A stretch of DNA of 64,000 nucleotides from a virus (taxonomy: Duplodnaviria; Heunggongvirae; Uroviricota; Caudoviricetes): positions 22,611 to 86,610 of IMG/VR virus record IMGVR_UViG_3300020581_000009, one strand, 5' to 3'. Positions 44,163-54,303 of the stretch are shown one piece after another. Both the position numbers and the translations under genes were made by a program. Every line of letters begins with the position of its first letter. Position 1 is the stretch's first letter. The notes under the pieces were generated by a model. The model worked only from the letters and a program-made list of their open reading frames with translations, had not been told where the DNA came from and did no database searches.

Positions 44163-45264
44163 CGTCTATGCGCTTCCGCAGGCGATGATTCCTCTTCCCC
44201 TTGTTCATGTGCTCCACGAGGTAGTTTTCGAGGATCGGTATCGCCATGGATCCAGCCGAGCACAGCCGCGAGATTTCCGGATCCAGCACCGGGAACGCCT
44301 TGAGCTTGCGCTTCAGGTCGGCATCCACGAACAGATTGTCGCCCTTCCAGAAGTTCTCATGTGAGCAGAACATCTTCGCCAGCGTGACGAGGAAATTACC
44401 ACGGAGATGCGCGGCCGACTGGTTGTACTCGATTGTCCGGACACCGAAGCAGGTGTCCATGACCTCGAAAAACTCTGCGACATTCGTGCGGAACGTGTTG
44501 AGACCGACTTTCTTGGCCAAGATATCGAGTCCGGGAGCGAGGACGGAGGCGCGGTCGCCAGTTCGCTTCCTGACCTCATGGAGGCTCCCCGCCGTGCGCC
44601 CGAGCATCGTCGCCGTGATGAGTTCCAGCCGCGTCATGCGCTGGTTCCAACAGACGCGCTCGTACAGGGCGAAATCCTTGTCAGTGTGACTGAGCCCGTA
44701 CAGCGTGAGAATGCTGGGGTGCTTGTCCCGCATATTCCGGAGAATCACGTTCGGAGATACCGGAGTCCGGTGGGTATTGAGCTTGTTGAACAGATCCTTC
44801 TCGATTTCCTTGTCGGTGGCGAATCGCACCTCGGCACCGATCCGAAGGTTCTTGGCTTCCTCCGGGTGCCGTTCTGCATAGGTCTTGAGCGCGAACACTC
44901 GCTGGAGACCGTCCACGATATAGACCTTGTCCAAGAGACGACAGATTGAGGTTCCATTCGGAAAGTCAATCCTCTGCCCTCGCATCCCCAGCATGATATC
45001 CGGGAGGCGAACGCCATCCTCCACGGCTTCCCGCAGGGAGCCCTTCTTGCCTCCAGTGATGGACAGAACCTCCCGCTGGTAGTCATCCACCCGCAGGAGG
45101 TTCATGGACTCCAGATCCAACCATCCGTGGGCGATGATCTCGCCGTCGCGCTCGTCCAGGCCGGCGTTGAGAAGCCTAACCGTGCCGTGCTGGCTCGTGT
45201 CAACGGCGACACCGCTCCAACGGCGAGTTTCCAACTGCGTCTCTTCGTGCGTGATTGCCAACAT
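44155..45264 (-). CDS. ParB/Srx-fold DGxQR-motif protein (DndB/DUF262-like)
   Basis: LRVDDYQRE and IVDGLQRVFALK. Confidence 0.5.
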   Translation of the reverse strand: MLAITHEETQLETRRWSGVAVDTSQHGTVRLLNAGLDERDGEIIAHGWLDLESMNLLRVDDYQREVLSITGGKKGSLREAVEDGVRLPDIMLGMRGQRIDFPNGTSICRLLDKVYIVDGLQRVFALKTYAERHPEEAKNLRIGAEVRFATDKEIEKDLFNKLNTHRTPVSPNVILRNMRDKHPSILTLYGLSHTDKDFALYERVCWNQRMTRLELITATMLGRTAGSLHEVRKRTGDRASVLAPGLDILAKKVGLNTFRTNVAEFFEVMDTCFGVRTIEYNQSAAHLRGNFLVTLAKMFCSHENFWKGDNLFVDADLKRKLKAFPVLDPEISRLCSAGSMAIPILENYLVEHMNKGKRNHRLRKRIDDV

Positions 45265-45265
45265 G

Positions 45266-45571
45266 CTATCCTCCGTTCAATCCATTCCTTGTTGCGTGGG
45301 TACGCGCTCCTGCCAACACCGTTGAGTGATGGTGGTTAGTCAACCTTCCGATGGTGCGCAGACTTTTGTTGGTCTCAGTCACGCACCGATAGAACAACTC
45401 GTGACGCGCTCGCACTATCTGCGGATTTCTGTTGCCAGTCAATAGCTCTTTGGCAAAATGTGCGATGACAACCTCAGTCATGATCTGGTGTATGGAACCC
45501 CGCAGCCGGCGTCCCTGAGGTGACACTTGCCATCGGCTTGCTGAAACCATCGCCGGCTGCGGGGTATTCAT
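45266..45571 (-). CDS. DnaA domain IV-like HTH protein
   Basis: SLRTIGRLTNHHHSTVLAGARTHATR resembles DnaA C-terminal SLP.IG..FG.RDHTTV.HA. Confidence 0.4.
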   Translation of the reverse strand: MNTPQPAMVSASRWQVSPQGRRLRGSIHQIMTEVVIAHFAKELLTGNRNPQIVRARHELFYRCVTETNKSLRTIGRLTNHHHSTVLAGARTHATRNGLNGG

Positions 45572-45574
45572 ATT

Positions 45575-45937
45575 CTATGTTTCCTTTATCTTGATGCCGT
45601 AGACATGTTCAATGATTTTTTTCTTTATCTTGTACACGTCCGTTTTGTAGCCTTTTGTGTCCTCGACAACCTTCGTCCCATCTTTCTCAGTATACCCGAA
45701 GTCAGAAAAATAGGTAAACATTTTTTTGCCATCTAGCACAAATGCAAACTCTGGCTGGAGGACAAGGTCAGAGATTTCGCCGGCTCGTGAGAGAAGGAGA
45801 AGCTCCCTATATCGAGCCCCCTCCTTGAGGCTGGGAAATCGGTGCCCATCTATAGTGATCGGACGCGCCCTGTATTTAGTCACGCTATTATGCCAGCCTC
45901 GCAGATCGCCTGGGTCGGAACAAACGCCCTTTCGCAA
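45575..45937 (-). CDS. DUF1064 phage protein
   Basis: ITIDGHRFPSLKEGARYRELLLLSRAGEISDLVLQPEF...YFSDFGYTEKDGTKVVEDTKG. Confidence 0.5.
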   Translation of the reverse strand: MRKGVCSDPGDLRGWHNSVTKYRARPITIDGHRFPSLKEGARYRELLLLSRAGEISDLVLQPEFAFVLDGKKMFTYFSDFGYTEKDGTKVVEDTKGYKTDVYKIKKKIIEHVYGIKIKET

Positions 45938-46350
45938 TGATTCCTACAGTAGACATAGCCATCCAATGTCTTGCCCCCGCAGTGCCCGAAATCCCTATGA
46001 CCGGGAATCCCAATAGGCCATCTGCAGGTCTTGGACGTAAGTTCCCATGTCTGCCGGCGCTGTTTCTTCGGTATCGCTGCGTCGAACGGATGTAGCCGAT
46101 CTGGGTTCGCAGCGAGCGATTCGTCCTCGGGCGCCGTGGTGAACTTGGCCTTGAAAGTCTTTGGCTTCGGTCTGAACACTGGTTTCTTTCGTACTCTGGA
46201 TTTACTCAATCCCATGCGGTGCAATTTGCCAATCACAGCGTTGCGGGTGACCTTCAATTCGTCCGCGATGAAACTTGCGGATAGGCCAGATTTCCACAGT
46301 GCGGCGGCTTTTTCTGCGGCTTCCGGCGCCCAATTTTGCTGCGTGCCCAT
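45880..46350 (-). CDS. gcrA: GcrA cell-cycle regulator homolog
   Basis: N-terminal LWKSGLSASFIADELKVTRNAVIGKLHRMGL and C-terminal CRWPIGIPGHRDFGHCGG...YCRNH. Confidence 0.7.
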   Translation of the reverse strand: MGTQQNWAPEAAEKAAALWKSGLSASFIADELKVTRNAVIGKLHRMGLSKSRVRKKPVFRPKPKTFKAKFTTAPEDESLAANPDRLHPFDAAIPKKQRRQTWELTSKTCRWPIGIPGHRDFGHCGGKTLDGYVYCRNHCERAFVPTQAICEAGIIA

Positions 46351-46360
46351 CTGCCGTCCC

Positions 46361-46570
46361 CTATATTGTATTCAAGAGATGCCCAAACATGGCGCCCCCG
46401 AACGGTATTGCGAGTTCCAAAGGATAAAAACCCACCACGCCAGCGACTAGGAACGTCACGATTCCGGCCGAAAGGCAGCCGATGAACGGCAACATGATAT
46501 GGTCAAGCGGACCCGGCTTAGACATAGCGTTTCCTCTCGGTGAGTAGGTCCCTTGGGTGAACGACGCCAT
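46361..46570 (-). CDS. small membrane protein
   Basis: hydrophobic. Confidence 0.3.
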   Translation of the reverse strand: MASFTQGTYSPRGNAMSKPGPLDHIMLPFIGCLSAGIVTFLVAGVVGFYPLELAIPFGGAMFGHLLNTI

Positions 46571-46721
46571 TTGTCCACTCCTCGATCCCTACGGCAGTCT
46601 CTAGCCCTACCAGTCTCTCCCCGTTCAGTAGTCTTGTTATACAGGAGACGGCGACACCGACGCCATTTGCGCAATCGGTGGCCGTGTAACCGTGAGATTC
46701 GAGGAACTTGCTCAGCTTCAT
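46518..46721 (-). CDS. HTH transcriptional regulator (Cro/CI-like)
   Basis: YTATDCANGVGVAVSCITRLLNGER. Confidence 0.45.
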   Translation of the reverse strand: MKLSKFLESHGYTATDCANGVGVAVSCITRLLNGERLVGLETAVGIEEWTNGVVHPRDLLTERKRYV

Positions 46722-46826
46722 GGCTTTAAGTTCTGGTTAAACCACGAAGCAAAGTATATTACGAATGCACTGATTCCAGCAAACGAAACCAGCCCTATGA
46801 AAACCGCTACGGAGGGGCTTACCATG

Positions 46827-47750
46827 TCACTTTATCCCAATGAATGGAACGGCCGACCCAGGCACCATTGTTGTTGGTAGTTTCCCGTCCCATTTTTCAG
46901 CCTGCGTCAGTGCAATCAGGTTTGAATTGCTGCTCAGGGCCTCTGCCTTGGCTCTAATTGCGGTTGCTTCGGCATTACCAGCAAGAATCGTCGCATCGGC
47001 CTTGGCTTTGGCTTCTGCGATTACCGAGTTTGCGCGACCAGTGGCCTGAGTTACCGCGATGTCGGCCTTGATCTTCTCCTGGGCAAGCTCCTGCTGGCGC
47101 TGCTGAACAGCAACCTCCGCCATCATCCGGGCCTCAACGGATTTGATGTAATCGGCGGAAAAGCTGATATCCTCGATCTGGACACCCTCGATAACGAAGA
47201 TTGGGTCGTAGGCAATCGCTTGGGTTAATGCGGCAGCCGCGTCCGTATTCAACTGTCCGCGCGCCGAAATGGCCTTGGCAGCCGTGTATTGCCCGAACAC
47301 GACCTTAACCTCTTGATTCATGTGAGGTGTGATGAGCCGAGAAATCGCCGCTGCCTGATCTCCGCCGAATCGAGAATACATCTCAGGGACTTTATCCGGA
47401 GACACATGCAGGGTAACTGATATTTTCAGATCCGCAGGCTGCTGGTCGGCGGAGTACGAATTCACCTTCTCAAAAGTAAAATTGTGCGTCTGCATATCAA
47501 TTTTGTAGACGCTCTCGATCCATGGCGTTTTGAAATGCAGTCCAGGGCCGACAACATCGACCAAGGCTCCGTTACGCAGAAGAACGCCGCGCTCGGTTTG
47601 GTTTATAGTGTACCAACTTCCGAATACAATGGTTAGACAGAAGATGACGGCAAATCCGGTTCCTCCGAGGAAGGCGATTTTTCCGGCTTCTGATCTTTCG
47701 GGCTCGGGGGCACTATATCCACTGAGGCCTTGGCTGCGTACTGGAGGCAT
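46827..47750 (-). CDS. SPFH/Band-7 (HflK/C-like) domain protein
   Basis: N-terminal TM then ERGVLLRNGALVDVVGPGLHFKTPWIESVYKIDMQT, Ala/Gln-rich coiled coil. Confidence 0.75.
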   Translation of the reverse strand: MPPVRSQGLSGYSAPEPERSEAGKIAFLGGTGFAVIFCLTIVFGSWYTINQTERGVLLRNGALVDVVGPGLHFKTPWIESVYKIDMQTHNFTFEKVNSYSADQQPADLKISVTLHVSPDKVPEMYSRFGGDQAAAISRLITPHMNQEVKVVFGQYTAAKAISARGQLNTDAAAALTQAIAYDPIFVIEGVQIEDISFSADYIKSVEARMMAEVAVQQRQQELAQEKIKADIAVTQATGRANSVIAEAKAKADATILAGNAEATAIRAKAEALSSNSNLIALTQAEKWDGKLPTTMVPGSAVPFIGIK

Positions 47751-47818
47751 TTATTCACTCCCATAAGGAAAATGCCGATGAGAACAATCCCGCCGATGAT
47801 TTCTGCGACAATCTGCAT
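47633..47818 (-). CDS. small membrane protein upstream of SPFH gene
   Basis: MQIVAEIIGGIVLIGIFLMGV. Confidence 0.3.
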   Translation of the reverse strand: MQIVAEIIGGIVLIGIFLMGVNKCLQYAAKASVDIVPPSPKDQKPEKSPSSEEPDLPSSSV

Positions 47819-47874
47819 GGGGCTGCCTCTCGGACCACGTTTCGATTTTTCCTATATGCCACGCCGAAAAATAA

Positions 47875-48438
47875 ATGTCAAGTGGCTATTGCCTTGTGGC
47901 GCAGAATGTGCGACATACAGGCCGCGCCGACATTCGGCATTCCAATGGAGAGAAACACATTCTTCTTGCTTCGGTTCTTGCGCTTGGGATCGCAACAGGC
48001 GTTCAAACGGCCGCTCAAGCGCAACTCAATCTCGGGGCGGTGCAGAGCACCAAGGATCCGCTCACCGGCCTTTCAGCGGTCGATTGGATCAAGCTCGCCA
48101 CGAATCTTGTCGATGGCAGCGCCGTCATCGGACAGCCGATGATCTTCATGCTCAACGGTACGGGCAAGGAGTTGTCGGCAGTGACGTGCGACGGCACATA
48201 CCAACTCGTTGGGCCGAAGCCATACATCAAGGGCGCCCCGAGTAGGCTAAAGCCATGGCGGGCGACTCTCGTCCCGACCAAGGGGTTCGACGGGTACTGC
48301 AAGAAAAGCATCACGGCCCAGTCCGATGACGGCGTGACCTATGAATCCAAGTTGGTCTCGTCGGAAACTGCGCCCCACTCAAGAGGCCTCTACGGTTTGG
48401 CGGTTTTGGCAGAGGGTGGCCGCTCAACGCGGTTGTGA
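47875..48438 (+). CDS. secreted hypothetical protein
   Basis: signal-peptide-like ILLASVLALGIATGVQTAAQAQ; start uncertain. Confidence 0.4.
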   Translation: MSSGYCLVAQNVRHTGRADIRHSNGEKHILLASVLALGIATGVQTAAQAQLNLGAVQSTKDPLTGLSAVDWIKLATNLVDGSAVIGQPMIFMLNGTGKELSAVTCDGTYQLVGPKPYIKGAPSRLKPWRATLVPTKGFDGYCKKSITAQSDDGVTYESKLVSSETAPHSRGLYGLAVLAEGGRSTRL

Positions 48439-48559
48439 TTATCGCTCAATCATGGTCGATAACGGAGCGATCTCTGCTCTGCCAGACGGCCACGGTCTGC
48501 CGTGGTGCTACCCACTGCCATTGAAATGCAAGCGCAAGGCATCAGGCATCGAGCACTAA

Positions 48560-48988
48560 ATGGCCGTTCGCATCGCAAATCAGGCCGCTCCTGGGACGCT
48601 TCTGGACAAGCGCCGCCGCTCCAATCGTGTGCGGTCGGATGCGCCGGGGCAGCGGAAGCCGCGTGAGCGGGATGACCAGTTCCTTGCACTCATACGCCAA
48701 TTATCTTGTATCCGCTGCGGTCAGGTTCCGAGCGAGGCCGCACATATCAGGCTCACGGTTCCAGGTAAGAAAATCACAGGCAAAGGCATGAAGCCGGATG
48801 ACAGATTTTCGTGTCCGCTATGCTCTGAATGCCACACTATCGCTCCCGATTCACAACATAGGTCCGGTGAGAAAAAATTCTGGGCGCGACTGAAGATCGA
48901 CCCGCTACAGGTTGCGGCTGAGCTTTACGCCGCCGCACCAGATTTAGCGGCTATGCAAATGATTATTTTTCGGTATAGGAGAGTATAA
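48560..48988 (+). CDS. DUF968/HNH-like zinc-binding protein
   Basis: CIRCG...AAHI...PLCSECH...GEKKFW. Confidence 0.45.
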   Translation: MAVRIANQAAPGTLLDKRRRSNRVRSDAPGQRKPRERDDQFLALIRQLSCIRCGQVPSEAAHIRLTVPGKKITGKGMKPDDRFSCPLCSECHTIAPDSQHRSGEKKFWARLKIDPLQVAAELYAAAPDLAAMQMIIFRYRRV

Positions 48989-49212
48989 TGCGGACAAATT
49001 CACTAGCCAAGTTTCGCAAGGAACACGCAGAGCAACACATCGAATTAATCAAGGCAAAAAATGAGCTTCGCGATAGCCATTTTGAACTTAAGCAATCAAC
49101 TGAAAAACTGAATAAGATGTGCCAGTTATGCGATAGGCAGCGACACGAGATTACACGGCTCCGCTCTCTCTTGATGGCCGTGAAGGTTCTTGTTAGGGCG
49201 ATGGGAGAATAG
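48988..49212 (+). CDS. hypothetical protein
   Basis: ATGA overlap; lower GC. Confidence 0.35.
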   Translation: MRTNSLAKFRKEHAEQHIELIKAKNELRDSHFELKQSTEKLNKMCQLCDRQRHEITRLRSLLMAVKVLVRAMGE

Positions 49213-49213
49213 C

Positions 49214-50185
49214 ATGACCGAATCAAACGAATACGCCTTGTGGGAATCGCTCCTAGCCGCCAAGGTTGCAGGGCAGATCCCGCCGCCGATCAATCCGAAC
49301 GAGCCCGCTTGTGGCTTCTACCGGTCACGCCGGAAGGGTGGCCCATATCTCCCGGTGGCTATTTGGATTGATGGCGATCTGTGCTGCCAGATCGACGGCG
49401 AGGACGTGCCGGCGCAAAAGGTGATTGACAGTTGGCCGTTTATCTCAAGGAATCCAGTATCATGGGAGGCCTACGAATTCTACAAGCAAAACGGTCGTTG
49501 GGAAGATGCCGACGAAACCGTACACGAGCAGATGACCGAGCGAGGGATTGGGGACAACAACCCTCCCGATGAACTCGCGCTGATGAAGGGCGAGATCGAG
49601 GCTGCCTCCGCCGGCATTGCGGCCTACAAGGAAATCACGGACGACCAACAACAGGCGCGGGCGCAGTCGCTGCGGTCGAGATTATTGGAACTTTCGACCG
49701 GCGCAGACAAAAAAAGAGAGGCTGAAAAGAAGCCACACTGGGATGCCGGGAAGGCAGTCGATGCCAAGTGGCAGCCTTTGGTTGCCGCCGCAAAAGCCGC
49801 CGCCGACACGATCCGCGCTGCAATGGCAAAGTTTGAGACTGCCAAGGCCCAGAAGGCGCGAGCGGAGCAGGAAGAGATTGCTAGGAAGGCCCGCGAAGCT
49901 GCTGCGGAGGCCGCCAAGGCTGGGAAGCCGGCACCGCCTCCTCCCCCCGCTCCAACGCCTCCAGTTGCACCACAACCGATTCGTGGGGGCTACGGCAGGG
50001 CTGCAAGCACAAGGCCGGTCAAGGTCTTCAAGAAAATAACAGATCTTGACGCCGCCTTGAAATTCTTTCACAACTGCCCAGAGATCGCGGAAGCAGTTAC
50101 AGCGGTCGCCAAAAGCTACTGCAAAAACTACCCGGAAACCGAATTGCCCGGAATCGAAACGGCAATGGAAATGAGCATAAAATGA
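49214..50185 (+). CDS. hypothetical protein (Ala/Lys/Pro-rich linker)
   Basis: ATG MTESNEY downstream of listed start. Confidence 0.45.
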   Translation: MTESNEYALWESLLAAKVAGQIPPPINPNEPACGFYRSRRKGGPYLPVAIWIDGDLCCQIDGEDVPAQKVIDSWPFISRNPVSWEAYEFYKQNGRWEDADETVHEQMTERGIGDNNPPDELALMKGEIEAASAGIAAYKEITDDQQQARAQSLRSRLLELSTGADKKREAEKKPHWDAGKAVDAKWQPLVAAAKAAADTIRAAMAKFETAKAQKARAEQEEIARKAREAAAEAAKAGKPAPPPPPAPTPPVAPQPIRGGYGRAASTRPVKVFKKITDLDAALKFFHNCPEIAEAVTAVAKSYCKNYPETELPGIETAMEMSIK

Positions 50186-51276
50186 GCGAACGATTCGATT
50201 TGGAAACTGGCGAAATCACAGAATCTCGCGTCCCGGCGATAGTCGATAAGAGAGAGGTCGATTCTCCGCTACAGCCACCGTCCTCCGGAACATTCCCGCA
50301 CATCGCCAAGGCCATTGCCGAGGTCATGGCGGCGCTTGCCCCGGTCGAGCGGGACGGCAAGCACAAGCATTTCGGCTATAAGTACCCGACCATGGGCGCG
50401 ATCCTGACTGAGTTGACGCCTCGCATGGGAACGGCTGGCCTCGCAATCATTCCGGCGGAGTTCGGTGATCCTGCCTTCGTGGAGGGAAAATACGTCAAAC
50501 AACGGTACGTCTTCACGATTCTCCACAGTTCTGGCGAAGTCTGGGCCTATCCCACCAAGTGGACGGGATTGTCTCTGGCCATGTCAGAGAACGGAAAATT
50601 CGATGACAAGTGCCTCGGAAAGACCGCAGTGTCAGCGCGAAAGGCGTTCTTGCAGGCACTGTTCAATATTCCGGTCGAGGACGTGAACGCAGCGGATCCG
50701 GATCGCGGCGATAACGACGCACAGAGGTCTCCTCCCCCGCCACCGAAGCCAGTTGCCGGGGCCAAGCCACACACCATCCAAATAACGGATGGAATGGACA
50801 TGCCGCATTGGATCCAACTGTATCTCTCATATCTCGCCACGTCCGCGACAAACGATGAGTTGCAGCAGTGGGACAAACTTAACGACGCGATCTTGACGAA
50901 AGTCTCGAATAAGGACAAGGACGCCTACGCGAAGATCATCGAGGCAACGCAGAAGCGCGGGAAGGAGTTGACCGTCAAGAAGCCGGGACCGCCCCCTCCT
51001 CCGAAGGCCACGACGCAAGCGGAGAAGGATGTCGCACTCGTGACCGAAGGCGTTACGCCTCCAGGAGAGACCGTGTGGGAGGACCCAGCCATGGACGGCC
51101 AAGCGTGGCTGCGCGACTTCGACGGTGCTCTAAGCGCCTGCACCACGAAGGAGGCGCTGGAGGAGGTCCGCAAGATGGTTGGACTTCCGGCCAAGGGGAA
51201 GGTATCGACTGAGGAGTGGGACCAAGGCGGCGTGCTGTTGCAGGCAGCAAAGAACAGGATTGCGCTTGATGCATAG
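50182..51276 (+). CDS. ERF-family single-strand annealing protein
   Basis: IAKAIAEVMAALAPVERDGKHKHFGYKYPTMGAILTELTPRMGTAGLAI. Confidence 0.6.
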   Translation: MSERFDLETGEITESRVPAIVDKREVDSPLQPPSSGTFPHIAKAIAEVMAALAPVERDGKHKHFGYKYPTMGAILTELTPRMGTAGLAIIPAEFGDPAFVEGKYVKQRYVFTILHSSGEVWAYPTKWTGLSLAMSENGKFDDKCLGKTAVSARKAFLQALFNIPVEDVNAADPDRGDNDAQRSPPPPPKPVAGAKPHTIQITDGMDMPHWIQLYLSYLATSATNDELQQWDKLNDAILTKVSNKDKDAYAKIIEATQKRGKELTVKKPGPPPPPKATTQAEKDVALVTEGVTPPGETVWEDPAMDGQAWLRDFDGALSACTTKEALEEVRKMVGLPAKGKVSTEEWDQGGVLLQAAKNRIALDA

Positions 51277-51493
51277 GGCGATCTCCAAGTTCTACCGGAT
51301 ATCCGGACAGGCCATCTACGGTATTGGCTCCGTATTTGCGTTCGCTGGACTTGCCATAGCCATGCCGGGTGCTGTCATAGCCTCGTGGGGCATGTGGCTG
51401 GAGGTGCGCGGGTATCGGTTGCTGATGAAACAGGATTTCAGCGGGTCGATGCCCGTGCCGAAAAGTTCATTGGCGCCTAAAAATGGAGAATAG
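51270..51493 (+). CDS. small membrane protein
   Basis: ATG overlapping erf stop; IYGIGSVFAFAGLAIAMPGAVIASWGMW. Confidence 0.4.
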
Positions 51494-51701
51494 CATGGGC
51501 ACATACAGTCAGATCATCGAAGGGCTGCAACTTCTCGCCACTTGTGAGCCTAATGGATTAGCCACCCACGGCGTTCAAGCCGAGCATGACGAGATTTATG
51601 CCGGACCATCCATTGAGAAGGTTAGTAAGGAGGTTAGCCTGCGGCTTGAGGCTCTTGGTTGGCACCATAGCGAAGCCGATTGTTGGGCTATCTATACCTA
51701 A
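51483..51701 (+). CDS. hypothetical protein
   Basis: ORF. Confidence 0.35.
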   Translation: MENSMGTYSQIIEGLQLLATCEPNGLATHGVQAEHDEIYAGPSIEKVSKEVSLRLEALGWHHSEADCWAIYT

Positions 51702-52135
51702 TGAGAGGCATCTGGCGCCGCGTCGGTGATACGGCCGTACCGATCTCGCCGCGTGCAAAAAAGTTCTTGGTTGGCATAAAAGAAAACGGAGTTTTCACGG
51801 ATGCTCGGAACCCCAAGCAACATGCGCTATTCTTCGTTTTGTGCAAGATTGTCGCAGATAACACAGACGAGACAGTTGAAGTCGTCCGTAAACGCGCGTT
51901 ATACAAGGCTGGTTATGTGACAACATGGGTGGAGAAGTCAGGTAGAGTACACATCGAGCCGAAATCGATCCGCGACATGAAGCAGAAGGAGTTCGACCAA
52001 TGCTTTAAGGACTGTATCCCGATCATGGCAGAGTGGCTTGGAAACGCACCAGACGAACTACGCGACGAGGCAATGGCGCGGTTTAATGATTCGGTAGACG
52101 GGGACTTGGCAGAGCGGATGGAGAGTTACAGGTGA
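51700..52135 (+). CDS. hypothetical protein
   Basis: ATG overlapping previous stop. Confidence 0.45.
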
Positions 52136-52341
52136 CGACAAAACGAAAGCTCAAGTTGGAAGGCGAGAGGCTGAAACGCTGCCTGCGCAGACAGTCGTAT
52201 CCGCCGCAAATCCGAAATATGGCGGATGGCATCATTGCGGGCATAGATGCGGCGCAACTTGCTGCTCGTGTCCATCAAGCCATCAAGGCACAGATTGTCA
52301 ATGGTGTTACAGAGTTGGAGAAGATGTTAGGCGCGGCATAG
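52132..52341 (+). CDS. hypothetical protein
   Basis: GTG start overlapping previous stop. Confidence 0.3.
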   Translation: MTTKRKLKLEGERLKRCLRRQSYPPQIRNMADGIIAGIDAAQLAARVHQAIKAQIVNGVTELEKMLGAA

Positions 52342-52446
52342 TGACCGGAGATCGGTCGTGACCGAGCAGGACAATGGGACGATCAAGTGACTTGCTGAGC
52401 GGTGAAGTGCTCAGCGCCAAAATGCAACAAATAGTAAATGCGCTAG

Positions 52447-52605
52447 GAGGCGAACATGACCTTGTTTTGGCACCCAACGGGACCGAAGGTAACATACAGA
52501 AACGGCATGTTTCGCGTCTCCGATCTCAATCCACAAGTGGAGACGGGATGGCGGATGAGCCGAAGTGAGATGATCCGCTTCGGATGGAACTGCATACGGG
52601 CAGCA
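52447..52605 (+). CDS. hypothetical small protein (52 aa)
   Basis: AGGAGG 7 nt upstream of ATG; below ORF-track cutoff. Confidence 0.35.
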
Positions 52606-52631
52606 TTTCAGTAGACACCGGGTAGGAAAAC

Positions 52632-53303
52632 ATGACGCTTACCGATTACCTCGATGGAATGCGCGGCGCCGCGACGGCGACCGATCTTGAAGCCGCAATT
52701 CAAGCGCCGTTCAAGCATTCGTTCCGAGGCCCGACTTGGAGCCGAATTTGCAATACACGCATCGAAGCCGGTAATCGCATTTGCTTAGCCAGCCCCAACG
52801 GGAAGTTTGTTCCGATGTTTGGACCGCGTCGGAAGCTCACACTTTGCGGCCACACTTATGGGGTCGGGTACGGGCAAAACTCGAGCGGGGAACGCTACGT
52901 CTGGACGTATGCGGAGGAATGGGCGGTGAAGGTTCTGCGAGAGCACGGCTTCGGCGTTCGCGCCTCGCATCTTATCTGGGATAACGCCGGGAGCTATCCG
53001 CATCGCGCCCTGCAGTGCATCGAGGAAGCCCTGGCGGGACAGCACCCTGATCCGCCGATGAATCGGCTGATCTACGTCCGCGACACATGCGATGGAATGC
53101 CCGTGCGAGTGGACCGCCGATACGAGAGCAAGCATCGTGCTCACCGCCCGTGCCGATGCGGCGGCACTCGCTGGGATTGGGGTTCTGGGTACAGCCTGGG
53201 TATCACATTCGTCCATTGGTATTGCGACGGATGCCCGAGAGTTTACGAGGAACACGTGACCGAGGATCGGTTCGCAAAAATCAGGTCGCAGAAAGCCGCG
53301 TGA
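52632..53303 (+). CDS. hypothetical Cys-containing protein
   Basis: 223-aa ORF. Confidence 0.45.
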   Translation: MTLTDYLDGMRGAATATDLEAAIQAPFKHSFRGPTWSRICNTRIEAGNRICLASPNGKFVPMFGPRRKLTLCGHTYGVGYGQNSSGERYVWTYAEEWAVKVLREHGFGVRASHLIWDNAGSYPHRALQCIEEALAGQHPDPPMNRLIYVRDTCDGMPVRVDRRYESKHRAHRPCRCGGTRWDWGSGYSLGITFVHWYCDGCPRVYEEHVTEDRFAKIRSQKAA

Positions 53304-53337
53304 GTTACCCGGTAACATCACAGGACGGAGCAGGACG

Positions 53338-53682
53338 ATGGTATCGATGGCTCAGATGGAGACTTGCCGGGCGCTTGCCGCAGAACGCTTGCGGCCCGTC
53401 GATATGCCGGACGGCATCGATAGCCCCATTCCAGGCGTGATCCTGTTCGCCGATGACGGACATAGAAGTCTGGAGATGGTCATGGGAGACGGCCGCACGG
53501 TCGATCTTCTAAAGGTCTGGAGACTTGCGGAGGACTGCATTCGGAATTGGCACAAGGGAACGCCAGAGCACATCCCGAGCTTTGTCGGAGACTTCGGCCG
53601 ACTCGCTCGGCTCGCAGAGGCATTGAACGGGCGCGATCCGCGCGTTCTACCCGGAGTTATCAAACCTCGGGGCGAGACATGA
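53338..53682 (+). CDS. hypothetical protein
   Basis: ORF. Confidence 0.4.
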   Translation: MVSMAQMETCRALAAERLRPVDMPDGIDSPIPGVILFADDGHRSLEMVMGDGRTVDLLKVWRLAEDCIRNWHKGTPEHIPSFVGDFGRLARLAEALNGRDPRVLPGVIKPRGET

Positions 53683-53770
53683 GCCAATTGGATTACATCG
53701 GTCTGTTTGTCACCGTCGATACGTCGCTTCTTGTGGTGATTGTCGTTCACTTGTTTTGGGGCAGCAGACG

Positions 53771-54109
53771 ATGACAGATCGAGCAGCAGATTATCTTGAG
53801 CGGGTCAAAAGCAACATTGCTGACCAGCGGGGGCACGAAGACCCAGCGGCCTGCATCGCCTACTCGGACGCCGATGCCATGATTGCGGAGATCGAGGAAC
53901 TTCGGGCAGCCATGATGGCCAACCGCGCGCTCTCGGAAGCAATAGCGGCCGATGAGAACTTATCTTCTCTTAGGGCGCGCTTGAACCAAGTTGACGGGAA
54001 CGAAGCGCATCGGATTCTTCCGGAAATTTGGCCTAGCATAAAAGCGATTTGCGCTTTGTCGGACGTTGCAGAGATGCTCAGTCGCGGTGAGACAGAGGGT
54101 AAGTCATGA
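53771..54109 (+). CDS. hypothetical coiled-coil protein (module A copy 1)
   Basis: ends ...ETEGKS, paralogous to 54304-54789. Confidence 0.4.
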   Translation: MTDRAADYLERVKSNIADQRGHEDPAACIAYSDADAMIAEIEELRAAMMANRALSEAIAADENLSSLRARLNQVDGNEAHRILPEIWPSIKAICALSDVAEMLSRGETEGKS

Positions 54110-54294
54110 GCGATATCTACGCAGAGAACCATCAGAACGATCCTCACCCGCCTGTCGTCGAATGCCCCCGGTGCAATGAGACCGATGAGCGAGCTATTGG
54201 CATGAACAGATGCGGTTTATGCGAATGCGAGTTCTTTGTTGCCTGCAATGGCTCTGCCTATGCTCCAGCAAAACGACTACCCGCATGTACCTGA
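54106..54294 (+). CDS. zinc-ribbon small protein (module B copy 1)
   Basis: CPRCNE...CGLCECEFFVAC; ATGA overlap. Confidence 0.4.
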   Translation: MSDIYAENHQNDPHPPVVECPRCNETDERAIGMNRCGLCECEFFVACNGSAYAPAKRLPACT

Positions 54295-54303
54295 ATACGG
54301 AGC

